Under the pieces are notes generated by a model. It was not told the DNA's origin and made no database searches. It saw only the letters and a program-made list of their open reading frames with translations. From assembly GCF_001194135.2 (NCBI RefSeq), contig NC_068999.1, positions 3,459,647 to 3,523,646 on the forward strand: 64,000 nucleotides of DNA, written 5' to 3'. This DNA is from Octopus bimaculoides (lineage: Eukaryota). This document shows positions 1 through 14,430 of this stretch, in pieces. A program made the position numbers and the translations under genes. Each line of letters begins with the position of its first letter. Position 1 is the stretch's first letter.

Positions 1-2049
1 TTCTCTCTCTCTGAAAGTATCTGTCATTACAGTATCGAAATGTGATTGTTTCAGTTAGTGGAATAGTTTCAATTTTAAAGTGAAAGTATTTGACATGAGT
101 GTTTTTGTTTCACTTTTGACACGTAATACTTAAATAGTGGAGGAGATATTATGTTGCCGTGTGCTCGAACTCTGCAAGAAGTTAAAAAAAATTTTTGACT
201 AAAACACAACTGGAACCCTAAGTAAGGCATGTGTAAAATTTGAATGAAATTGGTTGCGTAGTTTTCGAGTTTTAGGGATTCACACAGACAGACAGACAGA
301 CACACATTCTCATTTTTATATATATAAATGACCATTATTATTTTAATTTTTTGTGATTATTGATCATCTGGAAGCTGAGGCACTTCACAGTTGAAGAATT
401 AGGAGAGAAAGCCACCAATATTAAATGTCTGTAGCATGAAGAATTAAGGGCTTCATTAGAATTCAATAGACAATGAATCCAACTAATTCTAGCAATTCAT
501 CGATTTCAGACACTCCAAGACGCCAAATGGAAAACATTCCATAAACATTAATTCCTGAGACATTTGTTTTTCTCAATTTGGTTGTTGTTGTTGTTGTTGG
601 TGGTGGTGGCGGTAAGATGACAGTGGCAGGAAATGGTATTGGTAGTGTGTTACAGTAGTGGTGATAATGATGGTTGTAATTTGGCTGTTATTTCTAACAG
701 ATCAAGTGCCTGTAGAGATGGGTGTCCTGCACAGGAATTAATGTTATTGATGATGATGATGATGATGGTAGAGGTGGTGGCGATGGTGGGAGTAGTGACC
801 ATGGAAGTGATGGTGATGATGCAGCATTATTTTAGATAACCCTCCTGCTTTTCGAGGTACACTGCACACATGCAATCCATACACATGTGCATACATAGAC
901 AATTATACACACACACACACACACTTGTGCAACTGCACACTCAAGCATACAAAGACAGATGTACATTTGTAAACAAAAGCAAATAAAAAAAACAGAAAAC
1001 CTCCACCCCTACCTACCCCATGAGGGGGGAACAAGGACAGGTGATATTAATTGCAGTTACCTGGCCACCTGCTAAGTAGACCAATAAATATACCTTGGTG
1101 GTGGTGGTTGTGATGGTCCCAGTATAGGTGGTAGTAGCGATGGTAAGGGTGGTGGTGGTGGTGGTGGTGGTGGTGAAAACAGTTGTGTATGTATATATGT
1201 ACATTAGAGCATGTATGTGAATGTGCTACAAAGTGTGTGTGTGTGTGTGTGTGTGTGTAATGTCATATGAGTGTGTTACAATAAGTGTGTGAATGTGCAT
1301 GTTTAAGCATGCATGAATGTATGTGCAGATTAGAGAGAGAGAGAGTGTGTGTGTGTAGGAGAAGAAAAAAATTATTTTGTTTACTCAGAAATGTTGATGT
1401 TACACATACATATAAATATATATATATATATATCTATATATATATATATATACACACACATGCATAGATACATACGCACACATATGATATACACATGTAT
1501 ATATATAGACACACACATATATATATATACACACACAACCACACAGAGAGTTTTAGATAAGAGGGTAGGAATGAGCATTTAATTGGGTACATACCAAACT
1601 AATTCCTTTAGAAATATGATTGTTTAATGAGTGAGACAGACAGATAGACAGACAGACAGAGAGGATTGAATGTGTTTATATCTCCAGAGATTGATATTTA
1701 GAAATAGAAATTAAAATATGCGAAGCATGTTTGCTTAAGCTATATATAGCGACATGTATATACATCGACCACGTTCGGATGGTGCTTTATATGTGCCACC
1801 GACACGGGGAGCCAGTCTGGTGGCACTGAGAATAACCCATGCATCAATGGTGCTTATTGCATGCCACTAGCACGAGAGCCAGTCAGGTGGCACTGGCATC
1901 GGCCACAACTACAATTTCCATTTGATTTCTTTTGATTTTAATTGATTCCTCAGAGTCTCCTGAAATTAGTTACAAGACAGAAAACGAATTGGGAAAAAAA
2001 AGGGGGAGGGGAGACTCCATAGTTAGGTAAGATAAAGTAAAGTTACCTT

Positions 2050-2289
2050 CTCAAGAGTTATATGGACCCATAAGGGCCCGTCTCCTGTTTTCCATAGTAT
2101 ATAAATTCCCCTTCTGGACGGAACTCCGATCCATTGCAGAGTTACTTATTTTTGGCAGCTGAGTGGACTGGAGCAACGTGAAATGAAGTGTTTTGCTTAA
2201 GAAAACAATGCATCACCTGGTTCAGGGATTGAAACCACAATCTTACGATCATGAGTCCAACACCCTAACCACTAAGCTACATACCTCCA
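2050..2289 (-). mobile_element. SINE family C copy
   Basis: Reverse complement of the same head and CORE-like box. Confidence 0.7.
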
Positions 2290-2669
2290 CATGACTAGAT
2301 ATGGAAGGGGAAGTATTTGGGAGAGGAGATGACTTCATGCCAAGTGTTAGGGCACAGGTGTCTTCCTATAGAGGAGATGCAGAGATGCCCCATATATAAG
2401 GGTGAGTGTACACACATACACCTGGTTGTGTCTTGAGAGGGTCATTATTCCAATAATAACAATAAACACATGCACTGTTTCAATATCACTTCTTTATTGT
2501 TAGTCAATCATTTAGATATTTAACCAACTAATTGATTGATTGTTTAATGTATTGGTTAAACAGTCAATCAATATTTGGAAAGGTGTACCATGGGTGTTAA
2601 TTATTTCAGTCACTGAACTGTAGCCATACTGGAGCATCACTTTGAAGGCTTTTAGCTGTTTTCAATACA

Positions 2670-2702
<33 letters not shown>

Positions 2703-5050
2703 CTGGAAATATACAGACATAAATATACATGCAGACACACCCACATACAAATGTGTGTGTGTGTGTGTGTGTGTGAATATATATTCCCCAGTGACATCCC
2801 AGGAACAGTGAATGGGCATCAGAGAAAATTCTCAAAATAATGATTATAAAAATGTAGAGGAACAGAGGATGTTAGTGGGGGGGGGGGGCAGAGAGAGAAA
2901 AAGACAGACAGGAAGGAAGGGGGGAGGGAGGAAAAAGTATGAAGTGGTTGATTACTTTGGTAAACTGTAAATAGCAAAATACTAGTGTGTGTCCCAGAGG
3001 AAACTGGAGGAAGTTTTTATTGGCAACAGATCTAGGTCATTGCTGGTGGATATGTATATACATGTGTGTGTGTGTGTGTATGTGAGTGTGTGTGTGTGTG
3101 CATATATATATATATATATGCACATATATATAGACAGACACAGTATTATATGGGTGTGTGAAAGAGTCAGTGTACTGATATGGGATTTATAAATTTGACA
3201 CCTCGATGAACAGTTGAGTTCAGTTTTGAAAAATTCAATCTTTCCATGATTCACAAGGGTCTTTCGGAAGGGGAACCAGAGCTGTGGTTGTTACAGAGAT
3301 CTGAGAAATGCCCCCCACCCCACACACACACACTCACCCTGACTTGATGGTTAGATGGATGTGAGACACCTCACTCACCCTTACTAAATCATTGCATAAT
3401 ACAGACCAAAAATGTGGTTGTTACATGGACACAAGACTCGGCACCCCCGCCCCTCAGCAAGATGCCATTCTATCAGAACTAAACCATTAATGATACTCAG
3501 AGTAGATCTTGAGACTGTTTTATGCCAGCTATTTTGCTCCAGTTCCAAATAAAAACCACTTCGTAGAGTGTTCTAGGTGCTTTTTACGTGGCACCAACAC
3601 ACTGGTGACAAACACGATCCCGTAAATTTGGGTTTTCATTCTGGAAACTGACAATTTGGCAGATCCTTCTGGGTGGGACACCACTACACATCAGAGGAAC
3701 TTCTCATGGAATCAACTTTAACCACATCTAAGACTATGTAATTCCAAGAGCTAGAATTCAATGTTACAGAGATATAGAAAAGCGCTGTCAGTTTGATTAG
3801 AAATCACCACCTGGGAGTTGGGAGTTTAATTCTTTATCTACAGGACTAATTCTCCAAAATATCAAAAATACAGACAGATCAACTTCAAATTTCGATAGGT
3901 TTCTTCTGCTGAACTGGTAAAAAAAACAAGATGACTCCAGTGTGATTGGAAGGTTTGGTAAATTATTAAAGAAATGATGCCAGTGAACAATTCAAAGAGA
4001 GAGGAGGAGGGAGAGGGGAAGGAGGAGAAGAAGAGATGTATTGAAGGGGAGGTTAGAGGAGTGGGTGGGAATGGAATAATTGTGGAAAGCTGGGTAAAGA
4101 CAGTAAGATATGTTAGAGAGAGAGGGGGGATGGGGAGGAAGGGAGGGAAAGAGAGAAGGGTGAGAGGAGTATTTTTGTAGGTTTTAAAAATTTTATATGA
4201 TTTGTTGTTTAGCCACATGTAAGCACTGAATCCGCAGACCTGTGATCAAAAGAATTCCAACCATGACCACCTCTTTATTTCAAGCAGTGTATTTTGGATT
4301 ATATTATCCAATGTATCCTCCTTACTTTAATACAGAATCGTATGATTTTAGGGAGATTAAGCTGCTATTTCTAGCAGATGGAATGACCAAGTGTAGGCAC
4401 TCACATTGCTCTTCTGTTTGTGTGTGTTGGTTTCAACCACCCACTCGACCATTATGGAAGAATTTTATCCCACAGAGTTAATCATATATCATAATAAATG
4501 AACTTCAACATGGTAAATGCCAGCACCAACATTTGACCTCTTGACCTTTCAAACATTTTATTGCTCTTCCTTAATTACGACCACTAATTACATTTCAAAG
4601 CAACAATAATCTTTTCACCTTATTGATTTTTAGATAAAAATTGAAGATCACACACACACACACACACACACACTGACGTACATACTGACGTAGACTCACA
4701 TGGTGTGAGCTGCAGGGGCAGATGAGATTATGTGACATTCATGCCTTTCTCAAAGGCAATTTCTTGAAGATGTAAATGAAGTGAGATATCAGCAACCGGG
4801 ATGTAAACTCAAAAATTCTTAGGAGCTTACTCAAGGAATCAGATTTGTTTGTGAGAAATGAAGTGAAACTGAGGACAGACGATTTGATTGGTTGAAGCGA
4901 TTGGACATTGGACAAAAATGCTTTGTGGTATTTTGTCATGGTTCTTCGTGTTCTGGGTTCAAATCTTACCAAACCCTACTTTACCATTCACCTATCTGGG
5001 GCTCGCAAAATAAAACACAACTCAAGTACCGGGGTAGATTTATATATATA

Positions 5051-5290
5051 GGCACAGGAATGGTTGTATGTCTTTATGTCTGTTCGGTTCCCCCCACCAC
5101 CACCACCATCGCTTGACAACCTATGTTGGTGTGTTCACGTCTCCGTAACTTAGCAGTTCGGCAAAAGAGACAGATAGAATAAGTTCTAGGCTTACAAAGA
5201 ATAACTTCTGGGGTCGATTTGTTCGACTAAAGGTGGTGCTCCAGTATGGTGGCAGTCAAATGACCAAAACTAGTAAAACAATAAAAGAAT
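5051..5290 (+). mobile_element. SINE family B, internally deleted copy with tail
   Basis: Tail CTTGACAACC...GGCAAAAGAGACAGATAGAATAAG...GCTCCAGTATGG. Confidence 0.7.
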
Positions 5291-5904
5291 ATATATATTT
5301 ATGACAGATTAAGGTAGATTTAGCTATCATCATCATCATCATCACCATTGTTTAACGTCCGCTTTCCATGCTGGCATGGGTTGGAGGGTTTACAGAGGGC
5401 TGGCAAGCCAGAAGGCTGCACCAGGCTCCAATCTGATCTGGCAAAGTTTCTACAGCTGGATGCCCTTCCTAACGCCAACCACTTTTTACGTGCCACCGGC
5501 TATCTTAATACATTCTTGATAAGAATGGAATGACAAGAGAAGATTAAGTGAGATGCATGCCTTTCTTTTGAAAGATCTAGTGATGTGTGAAATAGCCTAG
5601 AACGGTTGGCATGAGAAATCGAAACCAGGTTGAGTCTAATGGTATTTGATATAATCTTTTAAAATATTCTTATTTCCTTCCTGTTCAGGGATTAACAAAA
5701 ACAAAATATATAAAATAATTGAAATATTAATTAAAATTAAGTTTGTTGCTTGAATGACATTTAATTATTTAATGAAAATGACGAGACCTAATCAATAAAT
5801 AGCAGCAGAGACAAGATGCGTGTTACAAAGTGCACTTTTATGTAAGTGACTGCTACATGTGCATGTGCAGTCAGGTGAAACATGGCACAGAGAGAGAGAA
5901 AGAT

Positions 5905-5954
<50 letters not shown>

Positions 5955-6278
5955 TGGTGGTGGTGGTGGTGGGAGAAGAGAGCTATTGTTAACTTTTCTT
6001 TCTTTTGTCTTGCACACAGGTAAGATGGTGTTAATGTTGCTTTTAATATACAGACTATTGGAGTATATTAATTAGAAATAGACACACAGACAGACACAGA
6101 TATACATAGAAAGGAAGAGAGAGATGGATGGATGGATAGTTGGGTAGAAAAGCTACAATAATTGAATATTTGTTAGTATAAAAATATTTCAGAATTTAAT
6201 TATTTAAAGATGCCACTACCTAAATAAAGAACAGCTAAGTGTTAAGTATACATATTGATGACTATATATATCATATCA

Positions 6279-6364
<86 letters not shown>

Positions 6365-7629
6365 TATATACACAGGTTCTATCATATACCACCAAAGAAT
6401 TTACACACATCAAAATACATTAGACATATGTAGACCTGTGGGGATATAAGGTAGTGTATATTTATGAAGGTTAATACTACACATGTAGAGAGGTTGCGAT
6501 GGCCTAGTGGTTAGGGTGTTGCACTCAAGGTTGGTAGATCTTGGGTTCGACTGCCTCATAATTTGTTTAAAGTGGCCCTTATGGCTGGGGAGCATAGAAG
6601 ACAGTGAATAATGATCCTAGATGGGAGGGATGAGGGATGGGAAGGGAAGCAGATGGGGCGAGGGAAGGGATTAGTGATAGGGGTTACTGAGAAGAAGGGA
6701 ACGGAGGTCTAGGGCTATCCAACATTGTGTTGGGTTTATATAAAAAGTGTGAGGGAAAGGGGACACAAAGGAAACAATACTCATATATATATACATATAT
6801 GTAATAAGAAGAAAAAAGGGATTAAAGAAATCCAGGTAGATATCAATAAAGCAGTCAGTGTTAAACAATTTAGTTAAGTATACCCAACAATCAGATACCA
6901 GTAAATGTAAGAAGAATACACGTCCAAAGTAATTCTTCATGTATCACAAGTAGAACCAAATACCATTGTGAAGAATTTCAAGAAATATATATATATATAT
7001 ATCAGAATAGCCTGCTGATAACAACATGTGTTCTTATATTTGATAAGGAGAATCTTTCCCGAAATATACTAGAAGCATTAAACTATGTAAGGCAATAAAA
7101 TATCCGCTGTTTCTATTTACTGGCATCACCTTAAATATTTTGCATAACCTCTCACCTGCATTGCTCAAAGGATTTATAAAATACTTATATCATTTACATA
7201 TCACAATGCTTCAAAGCAGATTACAATATCTGTATAGGTACAACCTTGTATTTCCTCTTCAGCATGACACCTACATCTGTCTCACGATAACCTTTTCATC
7301 CTCACCTCCTTCAATGCCTCCTCCCTCTTAAAAGTTTGTCTTGCAAGTACTTGGTGACCCTATCAGTGCAGGTGCCACTTAAAAGCACCCAGTCCACACT
7401 GTAAAGTGGTTGGTGTTTGGAAGAGCATCTAGCTGTAAAAATCTTGCCAAAACTGATCTCGCCTGTAACACATAAAAAGCACCAAGTCCACTCTGTAGAG
7501 TGGTTGGTGTTAGGAAGAGCATCCAGCTGTAAAAATCCTGCCAAAACAGTCACAGAAGTCCCACCCATGCTAGCATGGAACACAGACGTTAAATGATGAT
7601 GATGATGATGAATATATATATATAGTGAA

Positions 7630-7951
7630 GGCGCGTGGCTTAGTGGTCAGGGTATTCAGCTCACGATTGCAAGGTCATGAGTTCAATTCCCGGTGACGTG
7701 TTGTGTCCTTGAGCAAGACACTTTATTTCACATTGCTCCAGTCCACTCAGCTGGCTAAAATAAGTAGTGCCCTGTATTTCAAAGCGCCAGCCTTGTTGCA
7801 CTCTTTGTCACGCTGAATCTCCTTGAGAACTACGTTAAGGGTACACGTGACTATGGAGTGCTCAGCCACTTGCACGTTAATTTCACAAGCAAGCTGTTCC
7901 GTTGATCGGATCAGCTGGGACCCTCGTCGTCATAACCAATGGAGTGCTCCC
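7630..7951 (+). mobile_element. SINE family C (tRNA-derived A/B boxes, CORE-like TGTGTCCTTGAGCAAGACAC)
   Basis: A box TGGCTTAGTGG and B box GAGTTCAATTCC. Related copies at 2050-2289 (-), 37440-37580 (-), 55170-55410 (+) and 62215-62330 (+). Confidence 0.8.
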
Positions 7952-7954
7952 TTT

Positions 7955-7986
<32 letters not shown>

Positions 7987-8683
7987 CATGAATGTATAAT
8001 CTAGAAATAATTGTGAGAATATAAGGATATTATTAATCAATCAATAATATTAATGTTTTCTGTATTTCCTTTGAGCAAATAGCGAAGACAACTTAGAACC
8101 TGGTTTGGTCTTATTCTGCATTCTACTGAAGGCGCGCAGAAAAGCACTTTTAGTAACCAAGTGAAGTGTTACCAAAACTAAGGAATTTCATAGTTTAGTT
8201 TAAGAGATTAGAGTAGCAGACACCCCACCACCAGCATAGTCACCACCGCCACCACGTGAGCTATTAGAAAAAAAAAAGAAGAAAAAACCGATGACTTACA
8301 TCGTATTTTAATTTTAATTATGATACAGAAGCCTGGCATATTTGAGTGTCAACTGAAAAATATTTTATTTGGAGTAATTAAGTTTCATGAAAGAGAAGAA
8401 GTTCGTTAATGTGAAGCCTGAAGACCTTTGGCAGACATCACACAACATCCCAACTGTACACACATACACACACACACACACACACACATCACAGTCATCC
8501 TTTAATGTCCATTTTCCATGCTGGTATGACACATACATATATTTATATACATACATATATATATACTTACACACACACACACACACACATACACACGCAT
8601 GCATACATATATACACACAGAGGCACATACACAGTTATATACACACACATATACATGCACACACATAAACACATACACACATA

Positions 8684-8899
8684 CAGGGTGGCCCAAAAGT
8701 AGGTTTACAGATATCACGTAGGTACTTTAAATTTCTTTTAAAACATCTTATTACATTTAAATTTCTATCTTACAATTAATTAAATTAGCATAGAATAATG
8801 GTTTCATATTTTTTTTTTTATAGTCAAGATTTAAACTTAATATATAAAAATGCGAAAGAGATAGTTGAATAACTGTAAACCGAATTTTGGGCCACCCTA
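8684..8899. mobile_element. Tc1/mariner-type MITE (216 bp)
   Basis: TIRs CAGGGTGGCCCAAAAGTAGGTTTACAG / CTGTAAACCGAATTTTGGGCCACCCTA, flanked by TA on both sides. Confidence 0.85.
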
Positions 8900-9024
8900 T
8901 ATATATACATATATATAAACATATACATATGTATACGTTTATACAAATGTGCACCTGTGTGTGTATGTGTGCATGTATCATCATCATTTAGCACCCATTT
9001 TCCATGCTGTCACGTATTGCAATG

Positions 9025-9074
<50 letters not shown>

Positions 9075-10564
9075 TAACNNNNNNNNNNNNNNNNNNNNNN
9101 NNNNNNNNNNNNNNNNNNNNNNNNNNNNNNNNNNNNNNNNNNNNNNNNNNNNNNNNNNNNNNNNNNNNNNNNNNNNNNNNNNNNNNNNNNNNNNNNNNNN
9201 NNNNNNNNNNNNNNNNNNNNNNNNNTGCAAATTGTTAGACACACGTACACACACCTGGTGTTTTATATTACTGTAACAAGGTGTTAGCATAGCACAAAGG
9301 TGACACACTAGTACAACCATAAAGGTGGCACACTGCTGGAATCTTTCTACAGAAAACCTTGAGATATTTATTCCAGATCTTTAAGTCATGAGTTCAAACC
9401 CAGGTAAGGTCAAACTTTACCTTTCATTCTTTCCAAGACCAAAGCAACAGTATTGGATGTCTGAGTGTCATAGGAGGGACACTGTCTTGTGGTTCTGTGC
9501 CGACCATTTGTGTTCCAGTAGCAGAGACTAAGAATTCTTTCTCTCAGTTTCTTTCTACCCATTTTTGCACACAAAGTTTGGACCAAACCAGATCTTTTGT
9601 TTGCAAAGAGAACTTTTATCCACATGGCTCTGCCAACACCAATGTACTTTGGATAATGTACTCTTAGCTACACATACACAAGTTGTGAGAATGAAGACAA
9701 AGACAGGATGATCATATGCAAAGTATCTTTGAATCTATTGAAGGTTCGTCACAATAAGGAAGAGCACATTACATAATATAGTCTTAGATAGACAAGGTCT
9801 GAATAAAAGACAGGATGGTCATGGTAGGAATGTCTTTAGAAGTCAGCTGCAAGAATTATGGTCACAGTTTCTCCATTAAAAGACAGAGAAAGGCTTTTAT
9901 CTTTTTAGTTTGATCAGCATTGTTTGTGTAATGTGTCCCTTTAGTTATATTATTAGGGGTATTAGAGACAATCTGATGGGGTGGAGGGTATCGATGTCAT
10001 TGTAATCATAGCACCAGCAACAATAGGCCACCCAATACCCCTCATATATATATAAAAAAAAACAATAAAAGAGAATCAAACTCAGACAGTCTGTGTTTAA
10101 TCTTTTATTATGGCCATTTTATTAGGGGTATCTGAGAAGGGTGGACTCAGTAGAACAGAGCAATACACCTCGCTTTCCATTCACAAAGTTACAACAACAA
10201 CAATAACAAAAAGTTGTTTTTAAGCAGACATCGTCCTTACACTTTAGCCATTTTATTAAGGGTATTAAGGGTGGAGGGTATTGATTGTAGCATTGTTTAG
10301 GGTACACCTACCCACACCACCTCCTCCTTTACGAGTCTAGTGAGTGCAACTTGCAAGAAAGGATGCTGGCATAAAGGATGCTGGTGAGAAAAGAACAAGG
10401 ATGGGAGTGGGATGGCTGCATTTACAACAAAGAGACAGAGGGGGGGAGTGATTGTTGACAGTGGTTACCAACAACAGAGGGCGCTAGATGCAGCTATAGN
10501 NNNNNNNNNNNNNNNNNNNNNNNNNNNNNNNNNNNNNNNNNNNNNNNNNNNNNNNNNNNNNNNN

Positions 10565-10648
10565 CTTACACCCAATACAAATCATTTTTCCACCCTTACA
10601 CTGGTGTCAAGTTAATCGGGTGGAAAAATGATTTGTATTGGGTGTAAG
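10565..10648. repeat. Perfect 31-bp inverted repeat with a 22-nt spacer
   Basis: CTTACACCCAATACAAATCATTTTTCCACCC (10565-10595) is the exact reverse complement of 10618-10648. Confidence 0.9.
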
Positions 10649-10949
10649 TATTTAATGATAGAGCACAGAGTGTTTAAGGGTGAAACAGAGCTGGGTGGAG
10701 AGAGGGTACATGTGCGCGTGCGCGTGCGGGAAAGCATGTGCATATAATATGAATGCATATATTGGTAGTGCGTGTGTATATGTACAACTGTAGCAATGTG
10801 TGATTAGGCAGTTGTAATGTGTATTGTTATATGGAAGTGTATGTGTGTTAACAGCACATGCATGTGGGGGGGGGTGTAGGTTGTGGTAGCACAATTATGT
10901 ATAATTATGTGAGTATATCTGGGTGTGTGTGGTTCATGTTTATGTGTGC

Positions 10950-10999
<50 letters not shown>

Positions 11000-11299
11000 A
11001 CATATACATGTATATCTATATATATATATATGTATATATATACATATATATATATATATACACATATATACATACATATATACATATACACACACACACA
11101 TACATACATACATATATATAGTGACCATGTATTGGTGTGTGTGCACGCATATCCAAATTTACAATTTTCTTACCATTTAACTTTATCATATTGTCTGTTG
11201 TACTGCAACATAGAGGAAACTATGGAGAATCCCTGACTGCTATTTATCACCACTTTAAGATGTTACAAGTACAACATACAAGACACACGTAGCGAGATA

Positions 11300-11440
11300 A
11301 AGAGGTAAATTCCGCCAAGGTAGACTTTGCCTTTCATCCTTTCGGGGTCGATAAATTAAGTACCAGTTGCATTCTGAGGTCAATCTAATTGACTGGCTCC
11401 CTCCCCCCAAATTTCGGGTATTGTGCCTGGAGTAGAAAAG
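11300..11440 (+). mobile_element. SINE family A, 5'-truncated
   Basis: CTTTGCCTTTCATCCTTTCGGGGTCGATAAATTAAGTACCAG core present. Confidence 0.75.
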
Positions 11441-11649
11441 AAAGCGACTGAGTGACAGGACACCAACTTGCAGCATGCCTTTCTAGAAAAGCAGAAATGT
11501 TGCAAGTTTTGTTGTTGAATCAACCTTGGGTTTAAAACTGCTGGGGATTTACAGATGTCCAGTGGATCGGTCAGCTAGCACCAAACAGAGAAGTCAGCAG
11601 TAAGCTTGTTATATCAACACCACCACTCTATCTATGGCTAACACAATGA

Positions 11650-11960
11650 ATCTCGTTAGCATAGGCCACCCAGCTGTAAGCAGGTACCACAGAATGGTAT
11701 AATTCAGTTAGCTGTAAGTAGGCACCCCAAGATGGTACAGTCCACCTCGCTGTAACATATGATGGTGCAATCTTGAGGTATGTAAGTACCACAGAATGAT
11801 ACAGTGTACCTAGTTGACAGGAGGTACCGCAAGACAGTAAGGTTGTCAATGAACTGTGTCCGTGTTCAAAGTTAGCTATATTCAACAGCTCAGTCTAACT
11901 AGCCATGAATAGGTACCACACTGTAATGTGTCCAGCTCAGTCTACCTAGCTGTAAATGGG
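11650..11960. repeat. Degenerate ~35-bp minisatellite
   Basis: Recurring CTAGCTGTAA...GGTACCACAGAATGGTA-like units. Confidence 0.55.
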
Positions 11961-14199
11961 TATCAAATGATGTAATATAATAAATAATTTACCACAAGTA
12001 AGCAGCGACAAGACAGCAAAAATTGATGCTTGTGTTGGTTTCCAGTTCTCACATTCATTCTGTGAGAAACTTACCATCTGTTTAACGCTATTTAGCGCCA
12101 GCCAACAGAATGTGGACTTCTGGGAAAGGTTTCATGGGATTTTTTTCTTATTTTGGTTTAATTTATTTGGTTTGGCATTCACAGAGTTATTCCAGCAAAA
12201 CAACACTGTATACATGTGCATATATATATATATACACACACACACATGAAGAGAGAGAGAGAGAAAAATAGACAGGTCAATGTGTTTGAATGGGTATAGA
12301 TATGTGTGTGTGTGTGTGTGTGTGTTGTGAGTGTGTGCCAATTTTCTGCTGGGTATTGGAATATTCCACAACGTCTGATTCCATCATCTATGGACATCTA
12401 AATGTTCAAAAAGCCCCAAGAATAAAACCGTTACTCTACCAATGTAGTGAGTTCCTCATTTTTTTGTCTGAGACAGTTACATCTAACACACACACTTGGC
12501 CTTACATTCCTCAAGTTCCTTTATGCCGACCATTCTCACCTACAAACAACCAACACAAAGACAAAAAAAATAGCGATAAATTGGAAGCAAAACAGCAGAT
12601 CAAATTGTTGCCATAGCTACAGGAAATTGTTACCAAAAATCACTCATGTTCAAAAGCTACTCCACTTCTTCAAGTTCTGAGCTTTTTTTTACATGTAAGC
12701 CTTGTTCTGACAAAAACTCAAAATATAGGACTGTGTGTGTGGGAAGGTGGGGAGGGCTTAAGAAGTTTGTTTCCTCATCCCATGGTTCCAGGTTCAGTCC
12801 TACCGCATGGCAGCATGGTCGAGTGTCTTCTACTACAGGTCTGGGCTAACCAAAGTCTTTTGAGTTAAAATGGTAGAGGAGAAACTAAAAGAAAGCAGTT
12901 TGTATGGTAAGAAGTTTGCTTCCCAACCACATGGTTCTGGGTTCAGTTCCAATTTGTGGCACATTGGGCCAATGTCATATATGTATATGTATGTATGTAA
13001 AAGCAAAATAGCCACTGGCTGGTAAGTTAAAAATTTGACTGTGCAACCACATGGTTTTGAGTTCAATCTCAATATGCAGCATCTTAGTCCTGTGTCTTCT
13101 ATAGTCTCAGGTTAACCACCATGACTAAATGTGAAGTGGGGAGAGAGGGGAAGAAAATGAGGGGGGAGTGAAGGGGAGAGAGAGAGAGAGTTGTGGAAGG
13201 GACAGGTTACCAAGGTGGAGGTGAGGGTGGCCCAGTAGAGTTACTGTGGTGGTGGTGAAGTGGTAGGAGTAAAAGCATTGATAACATTCTAAGAGTTTTA
13301 GGAATTGATAAAAGTTTATCAGTGCAAACACACACACACACGAACATGTTACTGTGTGTGTGTAAATATATAAATGTATGCATTTATACATACACAAAAA
13401 CAAACATACACGTGTGTGTGTGAGAGAGAGAGAGAGAGAGAAAGAGCACATGCGTACATGCATGTGTGTGTTTGACAAACAAGCAACTGTTGAAACTAAA
13501 TTTCCTGCCAGTTTTAAATCTAAAACGTTTTTAACTCTTACACTTGTATTGAGTCCTCTCTAGTTTTGTGATATACATACACACACACACACACACACCA
13601 CACATACATGTATACATACACATACACACCACACACATACATGTATACACAAACACACACGCATGCATGCACACACTCATGCACAGACACAAACGCATGC
13701 ATACACACCACACATACATACTCATGCATACACACACACACATACAAAAGGCATGCATGACAGTTCTTAAGATTAGTTTTTAGCAAAGAGGGCAGAATCG
13801 CCACAGGTCAGTAAACCTGCACTGGATCTCCACTGCTGCCACCACCACAACCACCACCACCACTGCTAACAACAATAATAATAGCATTGCTTTCATCACC
13901 ATAGCAACGGAAACTGCTAGAATTGCCACCATCACCACCACCACCACCACCACCTACTACTACTACTACTACCAAGCTTAAAGTGGAGTTGAGAGACAAA
14001 CAGACATTTGCTCTCAGCTGGATGTGTTCAAGGTCAGCGTATGGTATTGTAGTGTAGGTGGTGGTGGTGGTGAGGCAGTGTAGCGTGTGGGTTGTAGTAC
14101 GTAGTGGTCAGGTGGTCTATCACAAGTGACAGTTAAGTGGTGTGTATGCATATATGCATATATGGAGATACATATATTTGTGTTATATATTTATATACA

Positions 14200-14244
<45 letters not shown>

Positions 14245-14397
14245 GGGAGTGTGTGTAAGGCATGTTTGCAATGTTAACAAGTGATGATAAGAGAGAGTAG
14301 TTTTGCGTATAATGCTGTAGTATAGGATATGGTAGTAGTGGTGTATATAGAAGTGATAGTTAAGTGGTGTGTATACAATGCACGTGTGTCTATATAA

Positions 14398-14430
<33 letters not shown>

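Noticed and set aside
7015-7050. Minus-strand NTCCYQQ as possible glypican exon 2
   Set aside because: No upstream xDLxVC, no acceptor, and the frame runs into a TA repeat.
7630-7700. tRNA-like sequences at SINE heads (also 39500-39572, 55170-55240)
   Set aside because: A/B boxes are present but there is no complete cloverleaf, and they continue into SINE bodies.
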